Shown here piece by piece: positions 44,272 through 51,180 of a DNA stretch of 51,180 nucleotides. The translations under genes and the position numbers were made by a program. Position 1 is the first letter of the stretch. The number at the start of each line of letters is the position of its first letter. Origin of the DNA: Acutalibacteraceae bacterium (GTDB taxonomy: Bacteria; Bacillota; Clostridia; Oscillospirales; Acutalibacteraceae); contig JAZNHK010000213.1 in the NCBI GenBank assembly GCA_045576915.1, positions 1-51,180 on the forward strand, given 5' to 3'. The notes under the pieces were generated by a model. It was not told the DNA's origin. It did no database searches and was given only the letters and a program-made list of their open reading frames with translations.

Positions 44272-45498
44272 TTAAAACGCCCAATTACCATCCTTGAATA
44301 TAGGATATTCAACACCATCTTTGTATCCTGTTATCTGCAAATCAGGTGCACCAATCATAAAATCAACGTGAATCATACTGTCATTGATACCCATAGCCTG
44401 ACACTCTTCAAGAGATTTTTCTTCAAATCCATCAATAGTATCACAGAATCCTCTGCCCAGAGCCACATGGCAGCTTGCATTTTCATCAAAAAGTGTATTG
44501 TAAAAAAGTATGCCAGTGTCTGCAATTGGACTGTTATAGGGAATAAGTGCCAACTCACCTAAATATTTTGCCCCCTCGTCCATAGAGAGCATTTTATCAA
44601 GTAAATCCTTACCCTCTTCAGCTTCCCATTCAACTGCTTTTCCGTCCTTGAAGGTTATGGAGAAATTGTTGATAATCTGACCTTGGTAGGAAAGTGGCTT
44701 TGTTGAAACAAGTCTACCTTCTGCAAAGCCTTTTCGTGGTGAAATAAAAACCTCTTCAGTTGGTAAGTTAGGATTAAAGAAATTACCGGAAAGAGTATTC
44801 TCTCCGCCGCCACACCAATGACTTTCAGGAATAAGACTTGCTTTGAAATCTGTTCCGTTGGAGCTTTTATATTCAAGATAATCAAACTTTTTATCAGTAA
44901 GGTATTTTGTTCTTGATTTTAAATCCGCATTGTGATTTTTCCAGGCTTCTTCAGGGTCATTGTCCTTTGTAACATAAACTGTTTTAAGAATTGCATCCCA
45001 AAGCATATTGTAAGCCTTGTTTTTTGTTTCGTTAGGAAAAACCTTTTTTGCCCAAGCATAAGATGGAACCGCCGCAATACACCATTGATCTTTATTTTCA
45101 AGTGCATCGCTGTATTTTTTAGTTACCTTGTATCGTGCCATCTGAGATTTTTGCATTTTCTCACGGTTAACACCCTTAAGTCCGTCGGGGTCTTGGCTTT
45201 CGATATAAATTCTGCAAGGAACTTCCTCAACCATAAGCTTGAGTCTTTCTTCTTGCCAAATGGGAACTTCACTCAAGATTTCAAGGGAGCAATGCTTGAA
45301 ATTAAGCTTGTTAATTGACTGAAAACTGAAATCCACAGCAACCTTTGAAGCACCTGCTTTGTAACACTCGCCAACAAGAATTGTAACAAACTCGTGTTGG
45401 TCTGCTTCTGCATATATTCTTACAGGTTGCCCTTTCTTTATATTTGCACCCACTCTCGCAATAAGACGGGCATATTTTTTCTGCATTGTTTTATTCAT
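44272..45498 (-). CDS. M29-family aminopeptidase (PepS/AmpS-like)
   Basis: The N-terminus is MQKKYARLIARVGANIKKGQPV, and the size is about 408 aa. The start is set at the Met after GAGG. Confidence 0.7.
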   Translation of the reverse strand: MNKTMQKKYARLIARVGANIKKGQPVRIYAEADQHEFVTILVGECYKAGASKVAVDFSFQSINKLNFKHCSLEILSEVPIWQEERLKLMVEEVPCRIYIESQDPDGLKGVNREKMQKSQMARYKVTKKYSDALENKDQWCIAAVPSYAWAKKVFPNETKNKAYNMLWDAILKTVYVTKDNDPEEAWKNHNADLKSRTKYLTDKKFDYLEYKSSNGTDFKASLIPESHWCGGGENTLSGNFFNPNLPTEEVFISPRKGFAEGRLVSTKPLSYQGQIINNFSITFKDGKAVEWEAEEGKDLLDKMLSMDEGAKYLGELALIPYNSPIADTGILFYNTLFDENASCHVALGRGFCDTIDGFEEKSLEECQAMGINDSMIHVDFMIGAPDLQITGYKDGVEYPIFKDGNWAF

Positions 45499-45678
45499 AA
45501 AATCGCCTCGAAACAATTAAATTTACACATAATAAGTTTACCACACTAATAATGTAAATACAACAAAAATAATGGTAATTCACCTCAATATAAATGAAAA
45601 TATAAAAGCAAAAAGGAGAAACATCTCCAATGAGAGTTTCCCCTTTTCTCGATTTAAAAAGCAATTCACAAGCTACGA

Positions 45679-45885
45679 TTAAACGTTGCCGTTTTCGTAT
45701 GCACTGATCATCTTTTTAACCATCTGGCCGCCGATGCTACCTGCCTCACGAGATGTGAGGTCGCCGTTATAACCCTGCTTGAGGTTAACGCCAACTTCCT
45801 GAGCAGCCTCCATCTTTACCTGATTGAGGATTTCCTTTGCACTGGATTTTGAGCTTGCGGGCATACCATTGTTATTTGAAGCCAT
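45679..45885 (-). CDS. Alpha/beta-type small acid-soluble spore protein
   Basis: The protein reads MASNNN...EILNQVKMEAAQEVGVNLKQGYNGDLTSREAGSIGGQMVKKMI. An AAGGAG RBS is present, a CATAATA -10-like box lies upstream, and a hairpin terminator sits at about 45611-45647. Confidence 0.9.
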   Translation of the reverse strand: MASNNNGMPASSKSSAKEILNQVKMEAAQEVGVNLKQGYNGDLTSREAGSIGGQMVKKMISAYENGNV

Positions 45886-46000
45886 TTTCTTTACACTCCT
45901 TCGCAATTAAATCTTGCGTTTGCATTTTTATTATGAGTTTTATATTCAAAATTATTGCAAGAAAATTTTGACAGAGTGAATTGAATATTATATAATTATT

Positions 46001-47173
46001 TTGGTGATAAAATTGATTACACGAAAATTAGAAAAAGAAAAAGATTTTGAACAATTTGCTGAAGTTTCTTCTTCTGCATACATTCACGATGCTGCAGAAA
46101 CTACATTCAATGAAGATGAAGATATTTTCGGAACATTTGTTGATGACGGAAAAACACTTATTTCACAAATCGAAAGTATAACAAGAAATTTGTGGTATGG
46201 CGAAACTCTCATTCCCTGCACTTTGGTTGGCGGAGTGGCAAGCAAACCCGAATACAGAAGAATGGGCGGAGTCCGCGAAACCTTTAAAATCGTTTTTGAA
46301 CACGCTTTGGACAAAGGCTCACTTGTAAGTATTTTATACCCGTTTTCAATAAGCTATTATCGTAAATTCGGCTATGAAATAATAGGCAATTATTACGATG
46401 CTCAATGTTCTTTTTTATGCTTTAAAAATATTGATAGATTTACCGATGTTACTCTTTTAAAAGAGCAGAACAAAGAAGAATTTTTCAAGGTTTATACTGA
46501 AATTTGCAAAAAATACAATATGATGTTTGAAAGAAAGAATTTTGAAGAATTTTCTCTTACACCATATAATGATTGTAATTTCACGTATTTTGTAAACGAC
46601 GGAGATTCAAAAGGTTATTTATCGGTTAAACCTATTCGTGCAAATCGTACTATTGAAGTAACTGAAACAGGGCATACAGATAAAAACGCCCTTTTAAAAC
46701 TTCTGGGATTTTTACGAACCTACGAGGGCAATTACGATTTTGTGAATTTCAAAAAGCTTCCCCAAAATTCTGTAATTCCCGATGTATTGGATTTTGAAAA
46801 TCGTGTATTCAAACGTACAATGTTCAAGGATGGTGCCGGGCGTATACTCGATGTAAAAGCTTTTCTTGAAAAATGTATTTACCCCCAGGAAGATGGTTGC
46901 TTTAGTTTAAAGATTACCGATGAACAAATTGAAAGAAATAATGGAATTTTTACTGTTTGCTACAAAAACAAAAAAGCAACCGTAACAAAATCCCAGGATG
47001 GTGACTATGATATCGTTTTTGATATCGCTACTGCTTCGCGTATTATTCTCGGCAGAGAAGGACTTACACTTGACCAGATATCTTATTTATCCGGTACGCA
47101 AATCAAGAATCCATCTCACGATTTTATAAAAGCATTTCCTAAAGCTACCACTCAATTCTTTGACGAATTTTAA
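46001..47173 (+). CDS. GNAT acetyltransferase with a C-terminal SCP2-like domain (Eis-like)
   Basis: The acetyl-CoA motif is VASKPEYRRMGGVRETF. The length is 390 aa, and the start codon is non-ATG (TTG or GTG). Confidence 0.6.
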   Translation: MVIKLITRKLEKEKDFEQFAEVSSSAYIHDAAETTFNEDEDIFGTFVDDGKTLISQIESITRNLWYGETLIPCTLVGGVASKPEYRRMGGVRETFKIVFEHALDKGSLVSILYPFSISYYRKFGYEIIGNYYDAQCSFLCFKNIDRFTDVTLLKEQNKEEFFKVYTEICKKYNMMFERKNFEEFSLTPYNDCNFTYFVNDGDSKGYLSVKPIRANRTIEVTETGHTDKNALLKLLGFLRTYEGNYDFVNFKKLPQNSVIPDVLDFENRVFKRTMFKDGAGRILDVKAFLEKCIYPQEDGCFSLKITDEQIERNNGIFTVCYKNKKATVTKSQDGDYDIVFDIATASRIILGREGLTLDQISYLSGTQIKNPSHDFIKAFPKATTQFFDEF

Positions 47174-47196
47174 TTTGCAGCTAAGAAAAAACAATC

Positions 47197-47238
47197 GCCG
47201 TTCCTTGTGTTTTTGCACAAGAGAACGGCTTTAGTTTT
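47197..47238 (+). terminator. Intrinsic terminator after the GNAT gene
   Basis: The stem pairs GCCGTTCCTTGTG with CACAAGAGAACGGC. A TTTAGTTTT run follows. Confidence 0.7.
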
Positions 47239-47373
47239 GTAAATTTTATATGATAGATAGAACTTTTTTAAATGGGCTATTTTTTTGTTGCCAACAAACA
47301 AACAGAATGATAATATATATTGGAAATAAAAGCGAAATTCCCCAAACAAATTATATTTTCAGGAGAATGTATT

Positions 47374-48687
47374 ATGGTTAAAGTTCTTAAATTCGGTGGC
47401 AGCTCTCTTGCAGATGCTGAGCAGTTCAAAAAGGTTGCCGCAATAATCAAGGCAGAGCCCGAAAGAAGATATGTTGTTGCTTCCGCTCCGGGTAAAAGAT
47501 TTTCCGACGATATCAAGGTAACAGATATGCTTTATGATTGCTACAAGCTTGTTAAAGCAAATCAGCCTATCGACGATGCTTTCAAACTTATTGAAGACCG
47601 TTACAACGGCATTATCAAAGATTTGGGTATCAAACTCTGGCTTCAGCCTGAGTTTGATAGAATCAAAAATGCAATTGTTCACCACGCAGGTCGTGACTAT
47701 ATTGCAAGCCGTGGCGAATATCTTAACTCAATGGTTCTTGCTGCATATCTTGAATATGATTTCATTGATGCTGAAGAAGGTATTTTCTTTAAAGAAAACG
47801 GTACACTTGATACAGAAAAAACAAACGAAGAGCTTACAGCAATTCTCGCAAAGCACGAACATGCAGTTATCCCCGGTTTCTATGGTGTAATGCCTAACGG
47901 AACAATCAAAACTTTCTCTCGCGGTGGTAGCGATATCACAGGCTCTATCGTAGCACGTGCAATCAAAGCAGATATCTACGAAAACTGGACAGACGTTTCA
48001 GGTATGCTTATGGCTGACCCCAGATGCGTTGAAAACCCCCAGGTTATTACAACAATCACATACAGCGAGCTTCGTGAGCTCTCATACATGGGTGCAACTG
48101 TTATGCACGAGGATGCTATTTTCCCTGTTCGTGAAATGGGTATTCCGATTAACATCAGAAACACTAATGCTCCCGAAGATGCAGGTACAATGATTGTTTC
48201 ATCTGTTGAAAGCAACAAAGTTGACACAGTTATTACAGGCGTTGCAGGTAAAAAAGGATTCTCTGTTATTGCTATCGAAAAAGATATGATGAATGCAGAG
48301 GTTGGCTTCGGCAGAACTGTTCTTGAAGTTCTTGAAAACTACAATCTTTGCTTTGAGCATCTTCCCTCAGGTATTGACACAATGTCTGTTGTTGTTAATG
48401 ATACCGATTTCCTTCCTGTTAAGGATAATGTTGTTAACGATATTATCAGAAGAACAAAGGCAGACTCCGTAACTGTTAATGGCGGTATTGCTCTTGTTGC
48501 AGTTGTTGGTAGAGGTATGGCTGGTTCAAAGGGTACTGCAGGCAGACTATTCAAAGCAATTGCAGAAAACGATATCAACATTAAAATGATTGACCAGGGT
48601 TCAAGTGAACTCAACATTATCGTTGGTATTTCTGAAGAGGATTATATCAAAACACTCAATGCAATTTACCACGAATTTGTTGGTTAA
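47374..48687 (+). CDS. lysC: Aspartate kinase
   Basis: The N-terminus is MVKVLKFGGSSLADA, and C-terminal ACT domains are present (VAVVGRGM...INIKMIDQGSSELNI). The start is set at the ATG after AGGAGAA. Confidence 0.88.
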   Translation: MVKVLKFGGSSLADAEQFKKVAAIIKAEPERRYVVASAPGKRFSDDIKVTDMLYDCYKLVKANQPIDDAFKLIEDRYNGIIKDLGIKLWLQPEFDRIKNAIVHHAGRDYIASRGEYLNSMVLAAYLEYDFIDAEEGIFFKENGTLDTEKTNEELTAILAKHEHAVIPGFYGVMPNGTIKTFSRGGSDITGSIVARAIKADIYENWTDVSGMLMADPRCVENPQVITTITYSELRELSYMGATVMHEDAIFPVREMGIPINIRNTNAPEDAGTMIVSSVESNKVDTVITGVAGKKGFSVIAIEKDMMNAEVGFGRTVLEVLENYNLCFEHLPSGIDTMSVVVNDTDFLPVKDNVVNDIIRRTKADSVTVNGGIALVAVVGRGMAGSKGTAGRLFKAIAENDINIKMIDQGSSELNIIVGISEEDYIKTLNAIYHEFVG

Positions 48688-48702
48688 AAAGAATTTATAA
48701 AT

Positions 48703-48787
48703 AACAGGGTGTATAAAACAAAATGTTTATACACCCTGTTATCATATAAAAAGCGTATTCGGCAAAAACCGAATACGCTTTTGTTTT
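48703..48787. terminator. Two tandem hairpin terminators between convergent genes
   Basis: A 15-bp stem pairs AACAGGGTGTATAAA with TTTATACACCCTGTT. A 14-bp stem pairs AAAAGCGTATTCGG with CCGAATACGCTTTT and is followed by a T-run. Confidence 0.8.
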
Positions 48788-48790
48788 TAA

Positions 48791-50269
48791 TTATGCAAAC
48801 AATCCACCGATTAACTGAGGAATCATTTTAATGTAGGTAACAATAAGGCCGAGAATCTCTGTGAGGAAGTTTGCAACAGAACCATCAATTGTGCCGAGGG
48901 CATCTGTGGGAAGCTTTGATTCTTCATCATTCGCTTCTGCTTTTTTAGTTTTCTTGATTGCATATTCATCAATCTTTGTTACTTCCTGAGTTTCATCATC
49001 AACAACATAAGCTTCGTAAACAAGCTTACCACCATCAATATAAATGTTAGCGAAGCAACCACCTAAATCTCTTGTGGAAAGCTTAACATCTGCACATTCG
49101 TTAATGGGGTCAATGGGATTTTCATTTACTGTATATCTCTTTGTTCCTGCTGTTGAGGGAAGAATGTAAACTGCACCATCAGGATTCTTTGCGAATGTTG
49201 TACTCTGGCCATTGAATTTTTCTGTTACATAAGTAACATCTTCAACAACTGCATCGCCCTTAACCTGTTTTGTTCTGAAATACATATGGTCGTGACCGGA
49301 AAGAACAACGTCAACATCTGTCTGGTCAACTATTTCAATAATTGTTTCTCTCATAGCAAGAGTATCAGGCTTATTGATGTTTTTACCAGCAGAGTAAACT
49401 GCACGGTGCATAAGAAGGAACTTCCACTGAGCGTCAGAGTTTTTAAGGTCGTTGATAATCCAGTTTCTCTGAGCTTCAACCATAGGATACATATCGTTGG
49501 AGTTAACAACACAGAAGTGAGCGTTGCCATAATCGTAAGAATAGTAAACACCATTTACACCATTACCAGCACCTTCGCCTGCTTCAAGGTTGAACATACT
49601 TGCAAACCAACCAACGTTAAGCTTGTTAGTAATGTTACCCTCGTGGTTACCTGCAACGGGAACGAGTGTAAGGTTTGTGTTTGCTTTTTCAAATGCCTGA
49701 CCATACCAGTTCCATTCTTCGTTTGTACAATCGTTTACAAAGTCACCAAGGTTAACAACAAACTCTGCATTTTTGTTGGATTCCATAGCTGCATCCATAA
49801 CAAGAGCTGCTTTTTCAAAGTTTTCAAGGCTACTTGCCTGAACGTCTGCAATAGCAATAAATGAGAATTTCTTATCGCCATCGTCAGTAACAAATTTACC
49901 TGTTTTGCTCCAAACGCCTTCATTCAAGCTACCAACACGATAGAAGTAAGTTGTACCTGCCTCAAGACCTGAAGCAACAACCTTATGGCAATAATAATCC
50001 TTGAAAACAGTAGTATCACCAATGAATGTGTATGCATTGTTGAATGTTCCGTCAAAATCAGCTTCCTTAACAACCTGAATTGTTGTGTCGCAATGATTTT
50101 CTGTGTACCAGGTGAAGCCACGCTGTGATGTAGTATCACCATACATTGTGCAATTAACACGAAGTGTTTCATAACCTGTGCTCTCTGCAGAAACGCTTAT
50201 ACCAATGCAGCTGAAAAGCATAATAACTGCAAGTAAAGCGGCAAGAGATCTCTTTGCTGTCTTTTTCAT
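48791..50269 (-). CDS. Secreted metallophosphoesterase with a purple-acid-phosphatase-type N-terminal domain
   Basis: The signal peptide is MKKTAKRSLAALLAVIMLFSCIGISVSAES. The N-terminal domain is FN3-like (RGFTWYTE...TYFYRVGS). Motifs GDFVND, AGNHE and GHDHMYFR are present, and the C-terminal tail is hydrophobic. Confidence 0.8.
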   Translation of the reverse strand: MKKTAKRSLAALLAVIMLFSCIGISVSAESTGYETLRVNCTMYGDTTSQRGFTWYTENHCDTTIQVVKEADFDGTFNNAYTFIGDTTVFKDYYCHKVVASGLEAGTTYFYRVGSLNEGVWSKTGKFVTDDGDKKFSFIAIADVQASSLENFEKAALVMDAAMESNKNAEFVVNLGDFVNDCTNEEWNWYGQAFEKANTNLTLVPVAGNHEGNITNKLNVGWFASMFNLEAGEGAGNGVNGVYYSYDYGNAHFCVVNSNDMYPMVEAQRNWIINDLKNSDAQWKFLLMHRAVYSAGKNINKPDTLAMRETIIEIVDQTDVDVVLSGHDHMYFRTKQVKGDAVVEDVTYVTEKFNGQSTTFAKNPDGAVYILPSTAGTKRYTVNENPIDPINECADVKLSTRDLGGCFANIYIDGGKLVYEAYVVDDETQEVTKIDEYAIKKTKKAEANDEESKLPTDALGTIDGSVANFLTEILGLIVTYIKMIPQLIGGLFA

Positions 50270-50280
50270 AACTACCTCCG

Positions 50281-50560
50281 TTAGAGTGAGTGTGTTCGAA
50301 CCAAATATGCCTTAAATGCCCGAATTCACGCACCTTTGTAATTTTTTTGTCTTGTAATACGTCAGTATTGCTTCGCCAAAGAAAATCCCAAATGCACGCA
50401 AATTCGGACATTTCAGGTTCTGCGAAGTTTAATACTTGGCAATTTTGTCTGTAACAAGGCAAAACTCGCAGGAAGGCTTTCTCCTTTCAAGAGTTTTAAC
50501 GATGTTACAGGGAAAAGTGACTGTATTAAACCATATGTGGTTCGAACACACTCACTCTAA
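50281..50560. repeat. 280-bp element bounded by 23-bp perfect inverted repeats (TTAGAGTGAGTGTGTTCGAACCA). It could be an invertible promoter, a MITE or a structured leader.
   Basis: The arms are at 50281-50303 and 50538-50560, and extend to 29 bp with one mismatch. The left arm ends 1 nt from the GGAGG RBS of the 48791-50269 gene. Confidence 0.75.
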
Positions 50561-50825
50561 ACAAATTACAAATTTGGGCAGACAGTACCGCCCATTTTTA
50601 TAAATACCATTATACAACCATTTTCCTTTTATTTCAATATAAAAAGTAAATTTATAACAATTGCTAATATTGTAGTAATTTTTTTGGGTAAAAGTTATAT
50701 AAGTGATGCCAGGAATGTTACAACAACTTTATCGTTCTAAATTTTCTTATATCTTATTTTTATTTAAGAAAAAATTTGGGACAATAATGTTGCAATTATG
50801 AATAATCACGTCTGGCGACTGGTAG

Positions 50826-50853
50826 CTAAAAAGGACGGCTTTCGCCGTCCTTT
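50826..50853 (-). terminator. Intrinsic terminator of the GH38-like gene
   Basis: On the minus strand the hairpin GGACGGC gaaa GCCGTCC is followed by TTTTTA. Confidence 0.75.
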
Positions 50854-50862
50854 CCAGTAAAA

Positions 50863-51180
50863 TTATTTAACTTTAACTTTATAGCACTTAATCTCGAAGG
50901 GATTGATTTCGAAGTTGAGTGTTTTGCCGTTTGCAATATCAACTGCTACATCGTTTCTTTCAAGAAGGTCGCATTCTGCAACACTTGCAATTTCTGCAAA
51001 GAGCTCTGCAGAAACTTTAGTTCTGCTACCTGCTTTTTCAACGAAACGGATGATGTAAGCATCTTCGTCTTCGCATTTCTTAACTGCTTCAAGAGTAACG
51101 TTCTTGCCGTCAACACTGATGAATGACTTAGCATCATCACCCTTTGCAGCGCCGTTAATTTCAACCGCAACTGCGGGGTT
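50863..51180 (-). CDS. C-terminal 105 codons of a glycoside hydrolase, alpha-mannosidase (GH38)-like. The gene is partial because its 5' end lies beyond the window.
   Basis: The reverse frame is open from the window edge to TAA at 50865-50863. The tail ...DAYIIRFVEKAGSRTKVSAELF...ECDLLERND...LNFEINPFEIKCYKVKVK resembles GH38 C-terminal beta-sandwich ends. Confidence 0.4.
   Translation of the reverse strand, partial: NPAVAVEINGAAKGDDAKSFISVDGKNVTLEAVKKCEDEDAYIIRFVEKAGSRTKVSAELFAEIASVAECDLLERNDVAVDIANGKTLNFEINPFEIKCYKVKVK

Noticed and set aside
47174-47373. Lysine riboswitch or T-box leader upstream of aspartate kinase
   Set aside because: The region holds only the GNAT gene terminator and AT-rich promoter DNA. 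I could find no conserved L-box helices or T-box sequence, and the leader is too short and unstructured.
50169-50462. 97-aa minus-strand ORF spanning the IR-bounded element and running into the phosphoesterase gene
   Set aside because: It has a non-ATG start and no RBS. It overlaps the real gene out of frame, and it lies within a region better explained as a non-coding repeat-bounded element.
50281-50560. Known structured RNAs (SRP RNA, RNase P RNA, 6S RNA, tmRNA, cobalamin or c-di-GMP riboswitch) as the explanation for the long-stem element
   Set aside because: None of the signature motifs is present. I found no GGAAGCAGC-type SRP domain IV, no GAGGAAAGUCC, no B12 box and no convincing GEMM core. 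A 23-bp perfect stem is also atypical for these RNAs. Only a covariance-model scan can fully exclude them.

Overview
This 51.2 kb window is gene-dense and low in G+C. It looks like chromosome from an anaerobic, spore-forming Firmicute of the class Clostridia. That placement is an inference from an alpha/beta-type SASP gene, a dockerin-bearing secreted protein, [FeFe]-hydrogenase genes, adhE and ackA, and it resembles a Ruminococcaceae gene set. No rRNA, tRNA, CRISPR array, integrase or transposase was recognised.

Layout:
- 1-3140: a long secreted GLUG-repeat/dockerin gene that is missing from the ORF track because it runs off the window edge. It contains an in-frame G+C-rich mosaic patch.
- 3.2-5.8 kb: a divergent TetR gene and an HTH-flavoprotein fusion gene.
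- 5.9-14.3 kb: a seven-gene minus-strand operon of adhE, a kinase-fold protein, two 2Fe-2S ferredoxins, a PAS-containing sensory [FeFe]-hydrogenase (HydS type), a PP2C phosphatase and a HydA-like hydrogenase. A near-consensus Rex box precedes it.
- 14.4-17.4 kb: LysR regulator, S51 peptidase and ackA.
- 17.5-25.2 kb: an accessory block that I consider the best candidate for an undescribed system. It is a tightly packed minus-strand operon encoding a small protein, a polytopic membrane HExxH protein, a Lon-type AAA+ ATPase with no protease domain, a metallophosphoesterase and a Zn-ribbon/PcfJ-like protein. A palindromic operator-like site, a further small gene and a divergent Sel1-repeat gene lie beside it.
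- 25.3-51.2 kb: glycan and sugar utilisation genes plus miscellaneous hydrolases. These include GH95, GH78, a GH38-like C-terminus, a GPH transporter, sugar-dehydrogenase/lactonase-like genes and several metallophosphoesterases. SASP, an Eis-like GNAT and aspartate kinase genes are also here.

Three non-coding or small-gene oddities stand out. One is a 42-aa Gln/Asn-rich microprotein gene the ORF track missed. Another is a mirror-symmetric array of mini-hairpins with a conserved heptamer at 44.1-44.3 kb. The third is a 280-bp element bounded by 23-bp perfect inverted repeats directly upstream of a secreted phosphoesterase gene, which could be an inverton, a MITE or a structured leader.

All functional calls rest on motif recognition by eye. 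No database search was run.
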